The position numbers were made by a program, and so were the translations under genes. From the NCBI GenBank assembly GCA_963767615.1, contig CAVYED010000009.1, positions 77,323 through 141,322 of the forward strand: a DNA stretch of 64,000 bases. The letters are read 5' to 3'. Below are positions 42,317-52,365 of this stretch, piece after piece. The stretch comes from an uncultured Iamiaceae bacterium. GTDB lineage: Bacteria > Actinomycetota > Acidimicrobiia > Acidimicrobiales > Acidimicrobilacustridaceae. Every line of letters begins with the position of its first letter. Position 1 is the first letter of the stretch. The notes under the pieces were generated by a model. The model worked only from the letters and a program-made list of their open reading frames with translations, had not been told where the DNA came from and did no database searches.

Positions 42317-43525
42317 ATGATCGTCGTCGCCGGCGCGACCTACTCGACCGAGGCCGTGCTGGTGATGGGCATCACCCTCATGGCGCTCACCTACGGACCC
42401 TCGGCCACCGCGGTGGCCCTCGTGGCCCAGGCGCTCCCCCGGGCGCTGCTGCTGCCGTGGGGTGGCACCCTCGTCGACCGCATCGGACCCACGATCGTGC
42501 TGCACCGCGCCGCGATCGTCCGTGTGGCGGTCCTGGTCGTCCTGGCGGCGACCGCCACCGTGGGCGGTGTCCCATCCCTGGTCGTACTCGTGTCGATCGG
42601 CGCCCTGCTCGGGGTGATCGACGGCGCCGCCTACCCGGCCGCCTTCGCGACGCCACCGGCGGTCGTCCCACCCGGGCGCCTCGCCCGGGTGAACGCCGTG
42701 GTCGGCGGGACCGAGAGCGTCGGTGACCTGCTCGGGCCCGCAGCCGCCGCGGTGATCTACGCCTGGGCCGGCCCGGGACCGCTGCTCTGGGTCGTGGTGG
42801 CGCTGGCCACCACCTCGGCCATCGCCGCATGGGGGCTCCACCGTGCCGCCCCCCAGCCGCCCCCGGCGGGAGAGACTCGGCCGCGCTTCGTCGACGGGCT
42901 CCGAACAGCCCGCGCCGACCGCGAGGTCTGGCGCCAGTTGGTCACGATCGCCGCGCTCAGTCTGCTCATCGCCGGGCCGGTGATGGTGGGCGGCGCAGTG
43001 CTGGCCGAACAGAACCTCGGCGGGGCCGACAGACTCGGTCCCCTCCTGGGCGCCTTCGGTGCCGGCTCCCTGATCGGGCTGATCGGCGCACCGGCCCTCA
43101 GCCGCCGATCACCGCACCTCGCCCTCGGCGGCGGTGGGCTGGTGCTCGGAGGCGGGATGATCGGCCTCGGTCTGGCGGGACACTTCCTCGTCGCCGCGTT
43201 CGTGGCCGCAGCGATGGGGGCGGCCTACAGCGCACTCATGGTCGTGGTGACGACCTGGCTGCAGGAGCGCACCCCGGAAGGGGTGCGCGGCCGGGTCATG
43301 GCGATCATGGCCTTCGCCCTGCTGGCCCTCGATCCGTTGTCGTTCGGGCTGGCCGGGTTGCTGCTGCCACTCGGGGTCACGACCACCTTCGTGGTCCCCG
43401 GGCTGGGCGTGGTCGCCGTCGGCATGTGGGCGGGCTTCGCCGGACGCCGACCGACGTCGCAGGAGAACCGGACCGGGTCGAAGGACGATCGGCCGAGGTC
43501 GCTCGCACCCGCGGGCGACGACTGA
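42317..43525 (+). CDS. MFS transporter (efflux type)
   Basis: Multiple TM helices; GTLVDRIG; LQERTP..RGRV. Confidence 0.88.
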   Translation: MIVVAGATYSTEAVLVMGITLMALTYGPSATAVALVAQALPRALLLPWGGTLVDRIGPTIVLHRAAIVRVAVLVVLAATATVGGVPSLVVLVSIGALLGVIDGAAYPAAFATPPAVVPPGRLARVNAVVGGTESVGDLLGPAAAAVIYAWAGPGPLLWVVVALATTSAIAAWGLHRAAPQPPPAGETRPRFVDGLRTARADREVWRQLVTIAALSLLIAGPVMVGGAVLAEQNLGGADRLGPLLGAFGAGSLIGLIGAPALSRRSPHLALGGGGLVLGGGMIGLGLAGHFLVAAFVAAAMGAAYSALMVVVTTWLQERTPEGVRGRVMAIMAFALLALDPLSFGLAGLLLPLGVTTTFVVPGLGVVAVGMWAGFAGRRPTSQENRTGSKDDRPRSLAPAGDD

Positions 43526-43606
43526 GCGACCGCCGTACGACACCCGACATGCGCCATCCACGACGTCGCGTGCCGCACGGCTCACCGATCGGCCGGACCG
43601 GCGCTC

Positions 43607-44785
43607 CTAGGAGCGGGGGACCTCGCTCCAGGGGAGCTCCTTGTCCGTGCGAACGTCGCCGGGGAGGCCGAGGACCCGCTCGCCCAGGATGTTGCGCATG
43701 ACCTCCGAAGTGCCACCCTCGATGGTGTTGGCCCGGCTGCGCAGGAACCGCTGCTGGGTGGACTGACCCCCTGCGCCGCGCTGCATCTCGTAGGAGCCGT
43801 AGAGCATCCCCTCGGCCCCCAGGAGGTCGACGGCGAAGGTGTAGATGCGCTGGTTGAGCTCGGCCGACATGAGCTTGCCGATCGACCCTTCGGGACCCGG
43901 CGTGCCGACCCGTCGGGCCTGCGCGGCGCGGATGTTGGTGAGGCGGCCCACCTCGGCCTGGATCCAGAGGCGGGCCAGCTCGTCGCGCTCGACCGGTCCG
44001 CCGCCGACCTGGTGCCACACGGCGACGGCTTCGGCGATGGCTCCCGAACCCTTGGGGGGCGTGCCCCCGCCCAGCGACACCCGCTCGTTCATGAGGGTGG
44101 TGAGCGACACACCCCACCCTTCACCCACGTCGCCGAGGCGTTCGGCGTCGGGGATGCGCACGTCGGTGAAGTACACCTCGTTGAACTCGGCGTCCCCCGT
44201 CATCTGGCGCAGCGGTCGCACCTCGACGCCCGGGGCGTGCATGTCGACCACGAAGTAGGTCATGCCCTTGTGCTTGCGCTGGTCGGGGTCGGAGCGGGCC
44301 AGGAGCATCCCGAAGCGCGACACGTGAGCCAGCGTGGTCCAGACCTTCTGGCCGTTGACGATCCACTCGTCGCCGTCGCGCTCGGCGCGGGTGGCCAGGG
44401 ACGCCACGTCGGAGCCGGCGCCCGGCTCGCTGAAGAGCTGGCACCACACCTCCTCGCCGGTGAACAGCGGCCGCAGGTAGCGCTCGCTCTGGGCGTCGGA
44501 GCCATGGCTGAGCACCGTCGGTGCACCCATGCCGTGGCCGATGGGATTGCGGGCCCAGGCGTTGGGGCCCCCGGCATCGGCGATCGCCTCGTCGATCTGC
44601 TTCTGCAGGATCGGCGAGAGGCCGAGCCCACCCCGACCCTCGGGGAAGTTGACCCACGCCAGGCCGAGGTCGAACTGAGCGCCGAGGAACTCGACGGGGT
44701 CGCCCTTCGGATCGTGGAGGTCGAGGAGTTGGTGGAGCCGTTGTTGCACGAGCTCCGTGTCGGTGGTCGCGTCGGTGGTCGTCAC
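43607..44785 (-). CDS. Acyl-CoA dehydrogenase
   Basis: QLFSEPGAGSD, NGQKVWT, TIEGGTSEV. Confidence 0.93.
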   Translation of the reverse strand: MTTTDATTDTELVQQRLHQLLDLHDPKGDPVEFLGAQFDLGLAWVNFPEGRGGLGLSPILQKQIDEAIADAGGPNAWARNPIGHGMGAPTVLSHGSDAQSERYLRPLFTGEEVWCQLFSEPGAGSDVASLATRAERDGDEWIVNGQKVWTTLAHVSRFGMLLARSDPDQRKHKGMTYFVVDMHAPGVEVRPLRQMTGDAEFNEVYFTDVRIPDAERLGDVGEGWGVSLTTLMNERVSLGGGTPPKGSGAIAEAVAVWHQVGGGPVERDELARLWIQAEVGRLTNIRAAQARRVGTPGPEGSIGKLMSAELNQRIYTFAVDLLGAEGMLYGSYEMQRGAGGQSTQQRFLRSRANTIEGGTSEVMRNILGERVLGLPGDVRTDKELPWSEVPRS

Positions 44786-44832
44786 GGGGGTCAAGGGTAG
44801 GCGCCGGAGCGCGCCCGGGCCCAGGGAAGCGC

Positions 44833-45366
44833 TCAGTCGCTCGGTGCGCCGTGGAACGCCGCCCAGGTCGGCCACGACTCGGGGACCGTGCCCCGACCGA
44901 AGGAACGCTGCGGCCAGTGCGCCGGCGGCTGGTCGAGCGGGTTCGCATCGAGGGTGACGCCGTACCAGAGCTCGTGGATGCGCCGGACGAACAGCCACCG
45001 CCCGCCGCGACGCTCGTAGGTGTCACGGTAGAGGATGGCCTGGCGGATCATCCGCCCGTCCTCCTCGACCTCGGCCAGGCAGTAGACCGACCCGGTGGCA
45101 TGGTCGTCGTCGAGCAGGTCGATCACGTGGGTGCCGACGTGCAGCATCGACACCCCGATGGCACCGAGCGACGTCCGGAACGTCTCGGCCAGGGCCTCGC
45201 GGCCGCGGGCGTCGCGCCCCACCCTCACGTCGTCGACGAAGAGCGCGACGAGTCCGTCGATGTCTCGCGAATCGACCGCCACCGCGTAACGGGCGGCCAG
45301 CTGACGGATCTGCTCGTGGGACCACAGCCGACGCACGATCTCCGATTCATCGGGCTGGTCGCTCAT
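44833..45366 (-). CDS. NTF2/SnoaL-like protein
   Basis: IRQLAARYA.AVD..H..YRDTY..W. Confidence 0.85.
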   Translation of the reverse strand: MSDQPDESEIVRRLWSHEQIRQLAARYAVAVDSRDIDGLVALFVDDVRVGRDARGREALAETFRTSLGAIGVSMLHVGTHVIDLLDDDHATGSVYCLAEVEEDGRMIRQAILYRDTYERRGGRWLFVRRIHELWYGVTLDANPLDQPPAHWPQRSFGRGTVPESWPTWAAFHGAPSD

Positions 45367-46297
45367 GACCTCCCACCGTAGGACGCCCGCGGGCGGAGAG
45401 GACCCGCTGCACGACGGCGTCGACGAAGCGTCCCGCCGCGTGCGGTGCGACGGGCAGGAAGAAGCACGGCTCGAACAGCTCGGCCTCGAGCAGCGCGACG
45501 GATCCGTCGGTCATCGAGACGACGTCGAACCGCCCGTACAGCAGGTCCTGGGACGGCCGGAGCCAGCCCCGTTCCACCGCCAGGGAGCTCGACGCGGCGA
45601 GGACCTGGTCGACCACGTCGCGTTCCGCGGCCGACAGCTCCACCGAGGCGACCTGCTCGATGTCGGCATCGCCCCGGAGCCCCCCGCCGGGTGCGAGCGT
45701 CGGAGCCTTCCGCAACGCGTGCGAGATCGATCCGTCGAACACGACCGCCGAGCGCTCACCGGCGGCGTCGACCGAGCGCACGAACGGCTGCACCATGACG
45801 CTCAGCCCCCTCGACAGGATGTCGCGGCCCAACGCCCACGCCCCGGGTGAGCCGGTCGCGAACCGGCCGGTCGAGCGGCTCCCGGCCGAAACGGTCGGCT
45901 TCACCACCACTTCGTCGGCGAGCGAAGCGGCCAGTGCCCTGTCCAGCGAGACCTCGTCGTCGGCGAACGAGGTCGGCACGACGGCCGCCCCACGACGAGC
46001 CAGGTCCTCCAGGTAGCGCTTGTCGAGGTTCCAGCGGATCAGAGCTGCCGGGTTGTGCAGGGTGGGCAGCGCGGCGACGAGATCGAGCCACGCCAGGAAG
46101 GCATCGAGCCGCTCGGTGTAGTCCCAGGGGCTGCGCACCACGATCAGGTCGTAGGCCTCCCAGTCCGCGCCCCGGTCGTCCCAGGGCACCCAGTCGGCGA
46201 TGACACCGCGCCGGACGAGCGCAGCATCGAGAACGGGACGATCGATGTCGTCGACCAGCACCGCCACGTCCGAGGTCGTCACGAGCGCCACCCGCAT
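45347..46297 (-). CDS. ATP-grasp ligase (RimK/DcsG-like)
   Basis: RSPWDY, WNLDKRYL, VVKPTVSAG, RFD, EAELFEP. Confidence 0.85.
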   Translation of the reverse strand: MRVALVTTSDVAVLVDDIDRPVLDAALVRRGVIADWVPWDDRGADWEAYDLIVVRSPWDYTERLDAFLAWLDLVAALPTLHNPAALIRWNLDKRYLEDLARRGAAVVPTSFADDEVSLDRALAASLADEVVVKPTVSAGSRSTGRFATGSPGAWALGRDILSRGLSVMVQPFVRSVDAAGERSAVVFDGSISHALRKAPTLAPGGGLRGDADIEQVASVELSAAERDVVDQVLAASSSLAVERGWLRPSQDLLYGRFDVVSMTDGSVALLEAELFEPCFFLPVAPHAAGRFVDAVVQRVLSARGRPTVGGHERPAR

Positions 46298-46359
46298 CCC
46301 CCGCAACGTAGCCAGGCGGCACCGGCGTCCGCGGCAGCCGCCCCCTAGTCTCGGCGCCG

Positions 46360-47358
46360 ATGACCGATCCCCGTCACTCCGGCGACCCGTTCGCGCCCCA
46401 CTCGGTGTCGTTGCGCCTCTATCCGCACAACGAGCTCACCGCCCCGGCCATCGTCGACGAGCTGTGCGGACAGGCGGCGCTGGCCGCGGACGTCGGGTTC
46501 GACGGCGTGATGACCAGCGAGCACCACGGAGGCTTCTCCGGCTACCTCCCCAATCCCCTGCAGGTCACGGGCTGGCAGCTGGACGCCATGGGGAGCGGGT
46601 GGGCCGCACCGTGCCCCCTGCTGCTCCCTCTTCGCCCGGTCGGAATGCTGGCCGAGGAGGTGGCCTGGCTCGACGCCCGCTTCCCGGGCAGGGTGGGCCT
46701 CGGTGTCGGCCCGGGGTCGCTGGAGCTCGATTTCACCGCCATGGACCTCGATCTCGCCGACGCGGTTCCCCGGTTCAAGCGAGACCTCCCCCGCCTGGCG
46801 TCGATGCTCCGCGGGGAGGGCCTCGGCGTGCTGGCCGAGGACCGGGCACTGGGGAGCCTGGCCGCCGATGGCCGCTCGATCCCGCTGGTCAGCACGGCGA
46901 TGAGTCCGGCGGCGGCGCGAAGGGCCGCCGGGGTGGGCGCAGGCGTGATCTACGACGGGGCCAGCGTCACCAGCCGCCTGCGACAGCTGTCCGATGCCCA
47001 TCTCGCCGGCGGTGACGGTGGATCGCGGGTGCTGCTGCGCCGGGTGTGGCTGGGCGAGCCGCCGGCCGCGGCCTTCGCCGCCCAGTTCGACGTCTACCAG
47101 GGATACACGCCGGTCGAGCGCCAGCAGCACTGGCAGGGCTCGGGCTGGCTCTGCCGCGACGACCCCGATGCGCTCGCAGCCGCACTGGCCTCCGCGCTCC
47201 TCGAGAGCGGCGCCGACTGCCTGAACCTGCGCATCCACGCGCCGGGCGTCACGGCCGGCCAGGCCCGCGAGCAGATCGACACGCTGGGGGCCGAGGTCCT
47301 CCCACCCCTGCGCCGGCTCCTCGACCCGGACCCCACGACCACGACGTCTCGGGGCTGA
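46360..47358 (+). CDS. LLM-class flavin-dependent oxidoreductase
   Basis: GFDGVMTSEHH, LAEEVAWLD..GRVGLGVG. Confidence 0.88.
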   Translation: MTDPRHSGDPFAPHSVSLRLYPHNELTAPAIVDELCGQAALAADVGFDGVMTSEHHGGFSGYLPNPLQVTGWQLDAMGSGWAAPCPLLLPLRPVGMLAEEVAWLDARFPGRVGLGVGPGSLELDFTAMDLDLADAVPRFKRDLPRLASMLRGEGLGVLAEDRALGSLAADGRSIPLVSTAMSPAAARRAAGVGAGVIYDGASVTSRLRQLSDAHLAGGDGGSRVLLRRVWLGEPPAAAFAAQFDVYQGYTPVERQQHWQGSGWLCRDDPDALAAALASALLESGADCLNLRIHAPGVTAGQAREQIDTLGAEVLPPLRRLLDPDPTTTTSRG

Positions 47359-47361
47359 CGG

Positions 47362-49161
47362 GTGCGCCTCGCGCTCGACCGCATCGAGGTTTCCGGCGGC
47401 GGCCACGTCCGCCTGGTCGGCCCATGGGGTCGCGAGGACGGGCTCCGGGGTTTCTCTGCCGCCCTGACGGGCCCCGACGACTGGCCCGACGGCGCGCTGA
47501 CGGACGGCGCCGACGGTGAGCGCTGGCGATGGACCGTCGCCGAGGACGGCGGCACGGCCCGCACCGTGCGTTCGGCGGCGGTCGTGTTCCGCCTGGTCGA
47601 CGTGAGCGGCCGGCTGCGGATGTTCCGGCACGGCTACCAGTCGTGGAGTCCGTGCAGCACCGCCGTCTTCGGCGTCGACCGCGACCCCTCGCTCGCCCCG
47701 GGGTCGCTCGAGCTGCTCACCGGGATCCACCAGGCCGACCAGCGGACCGTCACCGACCCCGACGAGTTGCGCTCCGAGTGGGTGACCGTGCTCGTCGACG
47801 ACACCGGGCTCCCCGTGCTGGTCGGCTTCACGGCCGGCACCGACCACGACGGCACCCTGCGGCTGCGCAACGGCGAACACGGTCCCGAGCTGTGGTGCGA
47901 GGCCTTCCTGGGCGACGCCCTCCTCGGCGTCGACGAACGCCGGGAGCTGCACGATCTGGTCGTCGCGTCCGGGGCGCCGGCCGAAGCCCTCCTCGCCGGC
48001 TGGGCCCGACTGGCCGGAAGCGTCGGCGAGGCCCGTGTCGACGCCCCGTACCAGGTGGGTTGGTGCAGCTGGTACCACTACTTCCACGACGTCACCGAGG
48101 CCGACATCCTGTCGAACCTCTCCCTGGCCGACGACTGGCCCTTCGACGTGTTCCAGGTCGACGACGGCTATCAGCCCGCCATCGGCGACTGGCTCACCAC
48201 CAACGACCGCTTCCCCAGCGGGCTCGAGGCCATCGCCCGACAGATCACCTCGGCTGGCCGGCACCCGGGCATCTGGCTGGCGCCGTTCCTCGCCGCACCC
48301 GACTCCGAGGTGGCCACCCGCCATCCCGACTGGTTGGCCCACACCGCCGACGGCGAGCCGCTCATCACCATGTTCAATCCGCCGTGGGGCGGCGGACTCC
48401 ACGGCTTCATGTACGGGCTCGACACCACGCACCCCGAGGTGGCCGCACACCTCGAACACGTCGCCGCGTCCCTGGTCGAGGCCGGATTCGGCTACCTGAA
48501 GTTGGACTTCACGTTCGCGCCGTCGTTCGACGGTGCGTGGCACGACGCGTCGAGGACTCCGGCGCAGCGGATCCGATCGGGCTTCGACGCCATCCGCCGT
48601 GGCGCCGATCGCGCTGCGGCGGCCGCCGGAATCGACACCGACGCATTCCTCCTCGGTTGCGGCGCACCGCTGGCCAACGTGGTGGGCGTGGTGGATGGCA
48701 ACCGCATCGGCGCCGACGTGGCTCCGTCATGGCCCGTCGAGGCGACGACAGTCCCATTACCCGGCTATCGAGAAAGCCAGCCCTCGACCCTGAACGCCTG
48801 GCGCAACACGTCCGCACGCGCGTTCATGCACCGTCGACTGTGGTTGAACGACCCCGACTGCCTCATGCTGCGCAGCGAGCGAACCGCCCTCGGCCAGGAA
48901 GCTGCGGCGACGTGGGCCACCGCGGTGGCCGTATCGGGCGGGATGGCGCTCGTGTCCGACGACCTGTCGCTCCTCGGCACCGACGCCCGCCGACTCCTGG
49001 ACGACACCCTCGCCCTCGGTCGGGCGGCCGACGACGCCGGGCGGGGGGGCCTCGTCGCTGCGCCCGTCGATCTGATGGCGGAGATGCCCTCCGGCATCAC
49101 GTCCGCCGCCGGCACACTCACGGTGGACGGCGCTTCGGGAGCGTCGACGCTCAGACGATGA
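47362..49161 (+). CDS. Alpha-galactosidase, GH36
   Basis: GWCSWY, FQVDDGY, YLKLDF, RIGAD, NDPD. Confidence 0.88.
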   Translation: MRLALDRIEVSGGGHVRLVGPWGREDGLRGFSAALTGPDDWPDGALTDGADGERWRWTVAEDGGTARTVRSAAVVFRLVDVSGRLRMFRHGYQSWSPCSTAVFGVDRDPSLAPGSLELLTGIHQADQRTVTDPDELRSEWVTVLVDDTGLPVLVGFTAGTDHDGTLRLRNGEHGPELWCEAFLGDALLGVDERRELHDLVVASGAPAEALLAGWARLAGSVGEARVDAPYQVGWCSWYHYFHDVTEADILSNLSLADDWPFDVFQVDDGYQPAIGDWLTTNDRFPSGLEAIARQITSAGRHPGIWLAPFLAAPDSEVATRHPDWLAHTADGEPLITMFNPPWGGGLHGFMYGLDTTHPEVAAHLEHVAASLVEAGFGYLKLDFTFAPSFDGAWHDASRTPAQRIRSGFDAIRRGADRAAAAAGIDTDAFLLGCGAPLANVVGVVDGNRIGADVAPSWPVEATTVPLPGYRESQPSTLNAWRNTSARAFMHRRLWLNDPDCLMLRSERTALGQEAAATWATAVAVSGGMALVSDDLSLLGTDARRLLDDTLALGRAADDAGRGGLVAAPVDLMAEMPSGITSAAGTLTVDGASGASTLRR

Positions 49162-51031
49162 GCTCGCCGAGCTCACCGCGCACCAACGTGCGGTAGAGCT
49201 CGGCGTAGAGGCCCTCGGCGGCCAGGAGATCCTCGTGGCGGCCGCGCTCCACGAGGTGTCCCTCGTCGAGCACCAGGATCTGGTCGGCGTTGGCGATCGT
49301 CGACAGACGATGGGCGATCACCAGTGCCGTGCGGCCCTGGAGGGCGGTGGCGAGGGCCTGCTGGACGAGCGACTCGTTCTCGCTGTCGAGATGGCTGGTG
49401 GCCTCGTCGAGGATGACGACGGCGGGGTCCTTGACCAGCACCCGGGCGATGGCCAGTCGCTGCTTCTCCCCACCCGAGAGGCGGTAGCCGCGCTCCCCCA
49501 CGACGGTGTCGTAGCCGTCGGGCAGCGAGGCGATGACCTCGTGGATCTGCGCCGCTCGACAGGCCTCGACGAGCTCCGCATCGGTCACACCGGGCCGGGC
49601 GTAGCGGAGGTTCGCGGCCACCGTGTCGTGGAACAGATGAGGGTCCTGGCTCACGACCCCGACGGACGCCCGCAGCGAGTCGAGGGTGACGGAGCGGACG
49701 TCGTGGCCGTCGATGCGCACCGCACCACCGGTGACGTCGTAGAGGCGGGGAACGAGCGAGCTGAGCGTGGTCTTGCCCGCACCCGACGGGCCCACGAGGG
49801 CGACGAGCTGGCCCGGCTCTGCGGTGGCGGTGATGCCGTGGAGGACCTCGACCCCGGCGCGGGCGTCGAGCTCGTCGTTGCCGGCGCCCTCGAGGGAGGC
49901 CAGTGAGACCTCGCTGGCGGCGGGGTACCGGAAGGTGACGTCGTCGAACTCGATGCGCCCCGACGAATCGGGCAGCGCCACCGCGTCGTCGGCGTCGACG
50001 ATCGGGTTCTCCATGTCGAGGACCTCGAAGACGCGGTCGAACGACACGAGCGCCGTCATGATGTCGACCCTGGCGTTCGACAGCCCGGTGAGTGGTGCGT
50101 AGATCTGAACGACGAGGGCGGCCAGGGCCACCATCGTGCCGAGGGTGATGGTGCCGCTGATCACGAGCTCGCCACCGAGCCAGTAGACGAGAGCCGTGCC
50201 GATGGCCCCGACGAGGGTGAGGGCGATGACGAAGGTGCGTCCGTAGAGAGCGCTCTTGATACCGATGTCGCGCACCTGTGCGGCTCGACCGGTGAACTCG
50301 TCGGACTCGCGGGAGCGATGACCGAAGAGCTTGACCAGCATGGCGCCCGACACGTTGAAGCGCTCGGTCATCGTGGTGTTCATCGAGGCGTTGAGGTCGA
50401 AGCCCTGACGGGTCATCGCCGAGAGGCGTCGCCCGACGCGCTTGGCCGGGATGATGAAGATCGGCAGCACCAGGAGGGTCAGGAGAGTGAGTCGCCACTC
50501 GAGGAGCAGCATGGCGATGAGCGTCGTGGTGAGCACGATGAAGTTCGACACGACCGAGCCGAGTGTCGTCGTGACGGCGCGCTGCGCGCCGATCACGTCA
50601 TTGTTGACCCGACTCATCAATGCCCCGGTCTGGGTTCGGGTGAAGAAGGCGATCGGCATGGCCGAGACGTGGTCGAAGAGCCGCACGCGCAGGTCGTAGA
50701 TCAGTCCCTCCCCGATCCGTGCCGAGTAGAAGCGCTCGACGAACGACAGCGTCGCGGCGGCCAGCGCGGCACCGATGATGAACGCGGCCAGGACTGCGAG
50801 CATCGAGCGATCGGACTGAGGGATGGCGACGTCGATGATGCGTCGCAGCAGCAGCGCCGGGACCAGCGCCAACAGGGCCTGGGCGATGATGACGAGGATG
50901 AAGCCGATCAACGCCCCGCGGTAGGGGGTGGCGAACGACAGGATCCGGCGGATCGTGCGGCGCCCGACCTTGACCCCCTTGATGCGGGAGGGGTCGGACC
51001 CCATGAGCATGTGCGGCGACTGGTGCATCAT
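49151..51031 (-). CDS. ABC exporter, fused permease and ATPase
   Basis: 6 TM helices; GPSGAGKT, LSGGEKQR, ILDEATS. Confidence 0.94.
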   Translation of the reverse strand: MMHQSPHMLMGSDPSRIKGVKVGRRTIRRILSFATPYRGALIGFILVIIAQALLALVPALLLRRIIDVAIPQSDRSMLAVLAAFIIGAALAAATLSFVERFYSARIGEGLIYDLRVRLFDHVSAMPIAFFTRTQTGALMSRVNNDVIGAQRAVTTTLGSVVSNFIVLTTTLIAMLLLEWRLTLLTLLVLPIFIIPAKRVGRRLSAMTRQGFDLNASMNTTMTERFNVSGAMLVKLFGHRSRESDEFTGRAAQVRDIGIKSALYGRTFVIALTLVGAIGTALVYWLGGELVISGTITLGTMVALAALVVQIYAPLTGLSNARVDIMTALVSFDRVFEVLDMENPIVDADDAVALPDSSGRIEFDDVTFRYPAASEVSLASLEGAGNDELDARAGVEVLHGITATAEPGQLVALVGPSGAGKTTLSSLVPRLYDVTGGAVRIDGHDVRSVTLDSLRASVGVVSQDPHLFHDTVAANLRYARPGVTDAELVEACRAAQIHEVIASLPDGYDTVVGERGYRLSGGEKQRLAIARVLVKDPAVVILDEATSHLDSENESLVQQALATALQGRTALVIAHRLSTIANADQILVLDEGHLVERGRHEDLLAAEGLYAELYRTLVRGELGELIV

Positions 51032-51062
51032 CAGGCGGTCAGGCTACGCAGGCACACGCGGA

Positions 51063-51084
51063 ACCGGCGCCCGAGGGCGCCGGT
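51063..51084 (-). terminator. Hairpin downstream of tRNA-Ser(CGA)
   Basis: ACCGGCGCCC-GA-GGGCGCCGGT perfect inverted repeat. Confidence 0.55.
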
Positions 51085-51104
51085 CGACCTGCGTGACGCA
51101 GCGG

Positions 51105-51191
51105 CGGAGAGTGTGGGATTCGAACCCACGGTGAGCCGAAACCCACAACGGCTTTCGAGGCCGCCCCATTCGTCCGCTCTGGCAACTCTCC
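51105..51191 (-). tRNA. tRNA-Ser(CGA)
   Basis: GGAGAGT acceptor stem, anticodon CGA, long variable arm, GGTTCGAATCC. Confidence 0.94.
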
Positions 51192-51259
51192 GCCGTCGAC
51201 CCTAGTTGTCCGCCCTCAGGACGGGCCAGACCGCGCGGGGCCGACGCTCGCTCCCGCGT

Positions 51260-51712
51260 TCAGCGTCGTCCGGCGAAGAACTCCGACAGCAACGAGGCGC
51301 ACTCCTCGGCGCGGACGTCGACGGTGGTGGCGAACTCGTGGTTGAGGCGGGGATCGGAACCGAGGTGGTAGAGCGACCCGCAGGCGCCTGCCTTCATGTC
51401 GCGCGCCCCGAACACCATCCTGGCCACCCGGGCGTTGACCGCCGCCCCGGCGCACATCGGGCACGGCTCGAGGGTGACGACCAGGGTCGCGCCGCCGAGA
51501 CGCCAGGTCCCGAGCGCCCGGGCGGCGTCACGCAGCGCCAGGACCTCCGCGTGCGCCGTGGGGTCACCGGTCAGCTCTCGCTCGTTGTGTCGTGAGGCGA
51601 CCACGGCGCCGTCGACCACGACCAACGCCCCGACCGGGACGTCGCCGTGCCCGAGCGCGGCGCGCGCCTCCGCCAGGGCCAGGCCCATGAGCTCGTCGTC
51701 GGTCGTTGCCAC
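51260..51712 (-). CDS. tadA: tRNA adenosine(34) deaminase
   Basis: VPVGA, DPTAHAE, TLEPCPMC. Confidence 0.92.
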   Translation of the reverse strand: MATTDDELMGLALAEARAALGHGDVPVGALVVVDGAVVASRHNERELTGDPTAHAEVLALRDAARALGTWRLGGATLVVTLEPCPMCAGAAVNARVARMVFGARDMKAGACGSLYHLGSDPRLNHEFATTVDVRAEECASLLSEFFAGRR

Positions 51713-51775
51713 GATCGGCGACGCTACCGGCGCACCGACCCGAGAGCGCCGTCGGCACGGGCCGTCACCGCTGGA

Positions 51776-52246
51776 TCAACTCGACGCCGCCTCGAGGATG
51801 GCGATGACCTCCTGCACCCGCTCGGCGTGCTTGGTCTCCTCGCGCCCGTTCAGGCGCAGCAGACGGGCGACCTCCGGATCGGGTTCACGATCGGCCCATC
51901 GTTGGTAGCCGGCGTCGCCGTCGATCTCCCCGGCGACGATGAACGGCAGGATGCTCACATCGATCGTGTCGGGGAGGTCCACGGTGAGCGGCTCGAACAC
52001 CTCGGGAGGAGGCTCGTAGCCCTCACCCTCCTTGATGGCCAACGCCCGCAGGACCCGCCGAGCGTGGCCGGCCTCCTCACGACCGTTGCGCCGCAAGAGC
52101 ACGGCGGCCGCGTCGTTCCCCACCCGGTCGGCCAGCATCTCGTAGAAGGTCTCGCCGCTGTTCTCGAGACGGGCCATCAGTTCGAGCGCCGGGGTGTCGA
52201 GCACCTCGACGGCGTTGACGGTGGCGGAGGCGGCGGCGAAGTCCAT
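51776..52246 (-). CDS. Ferritin-like di-iron domain protein
   Basis: Two E..ExxH repeats (NGREEAGH, NGREETKH). Confidence 0.8.
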   Translation of the reverse strand: MDFAAASATVNAVEVLDTPALELMARLENSGETFYEMLADRVGNDAAAVLLRRNGREEAGHARRVLRALAIKEGEGYEPPPEVFEPLTVDLPDTIDVSILPFIVAGEIDGDAGYQRWADREPDPEVARLLRLNGREETKHAERVQEVIAILEAASS

Positions 52247-52365
52247 GGGAGCAATCCTCGCACCCGGAGCTCCACGACGCCGGGCCCGGCCGCTGCGCTG
52301 CGACCGACGCCGGCGGGGACCCGGGCTCCACGCGTCCAGGAGGACCCTGGGCGTAGGATCACCGC

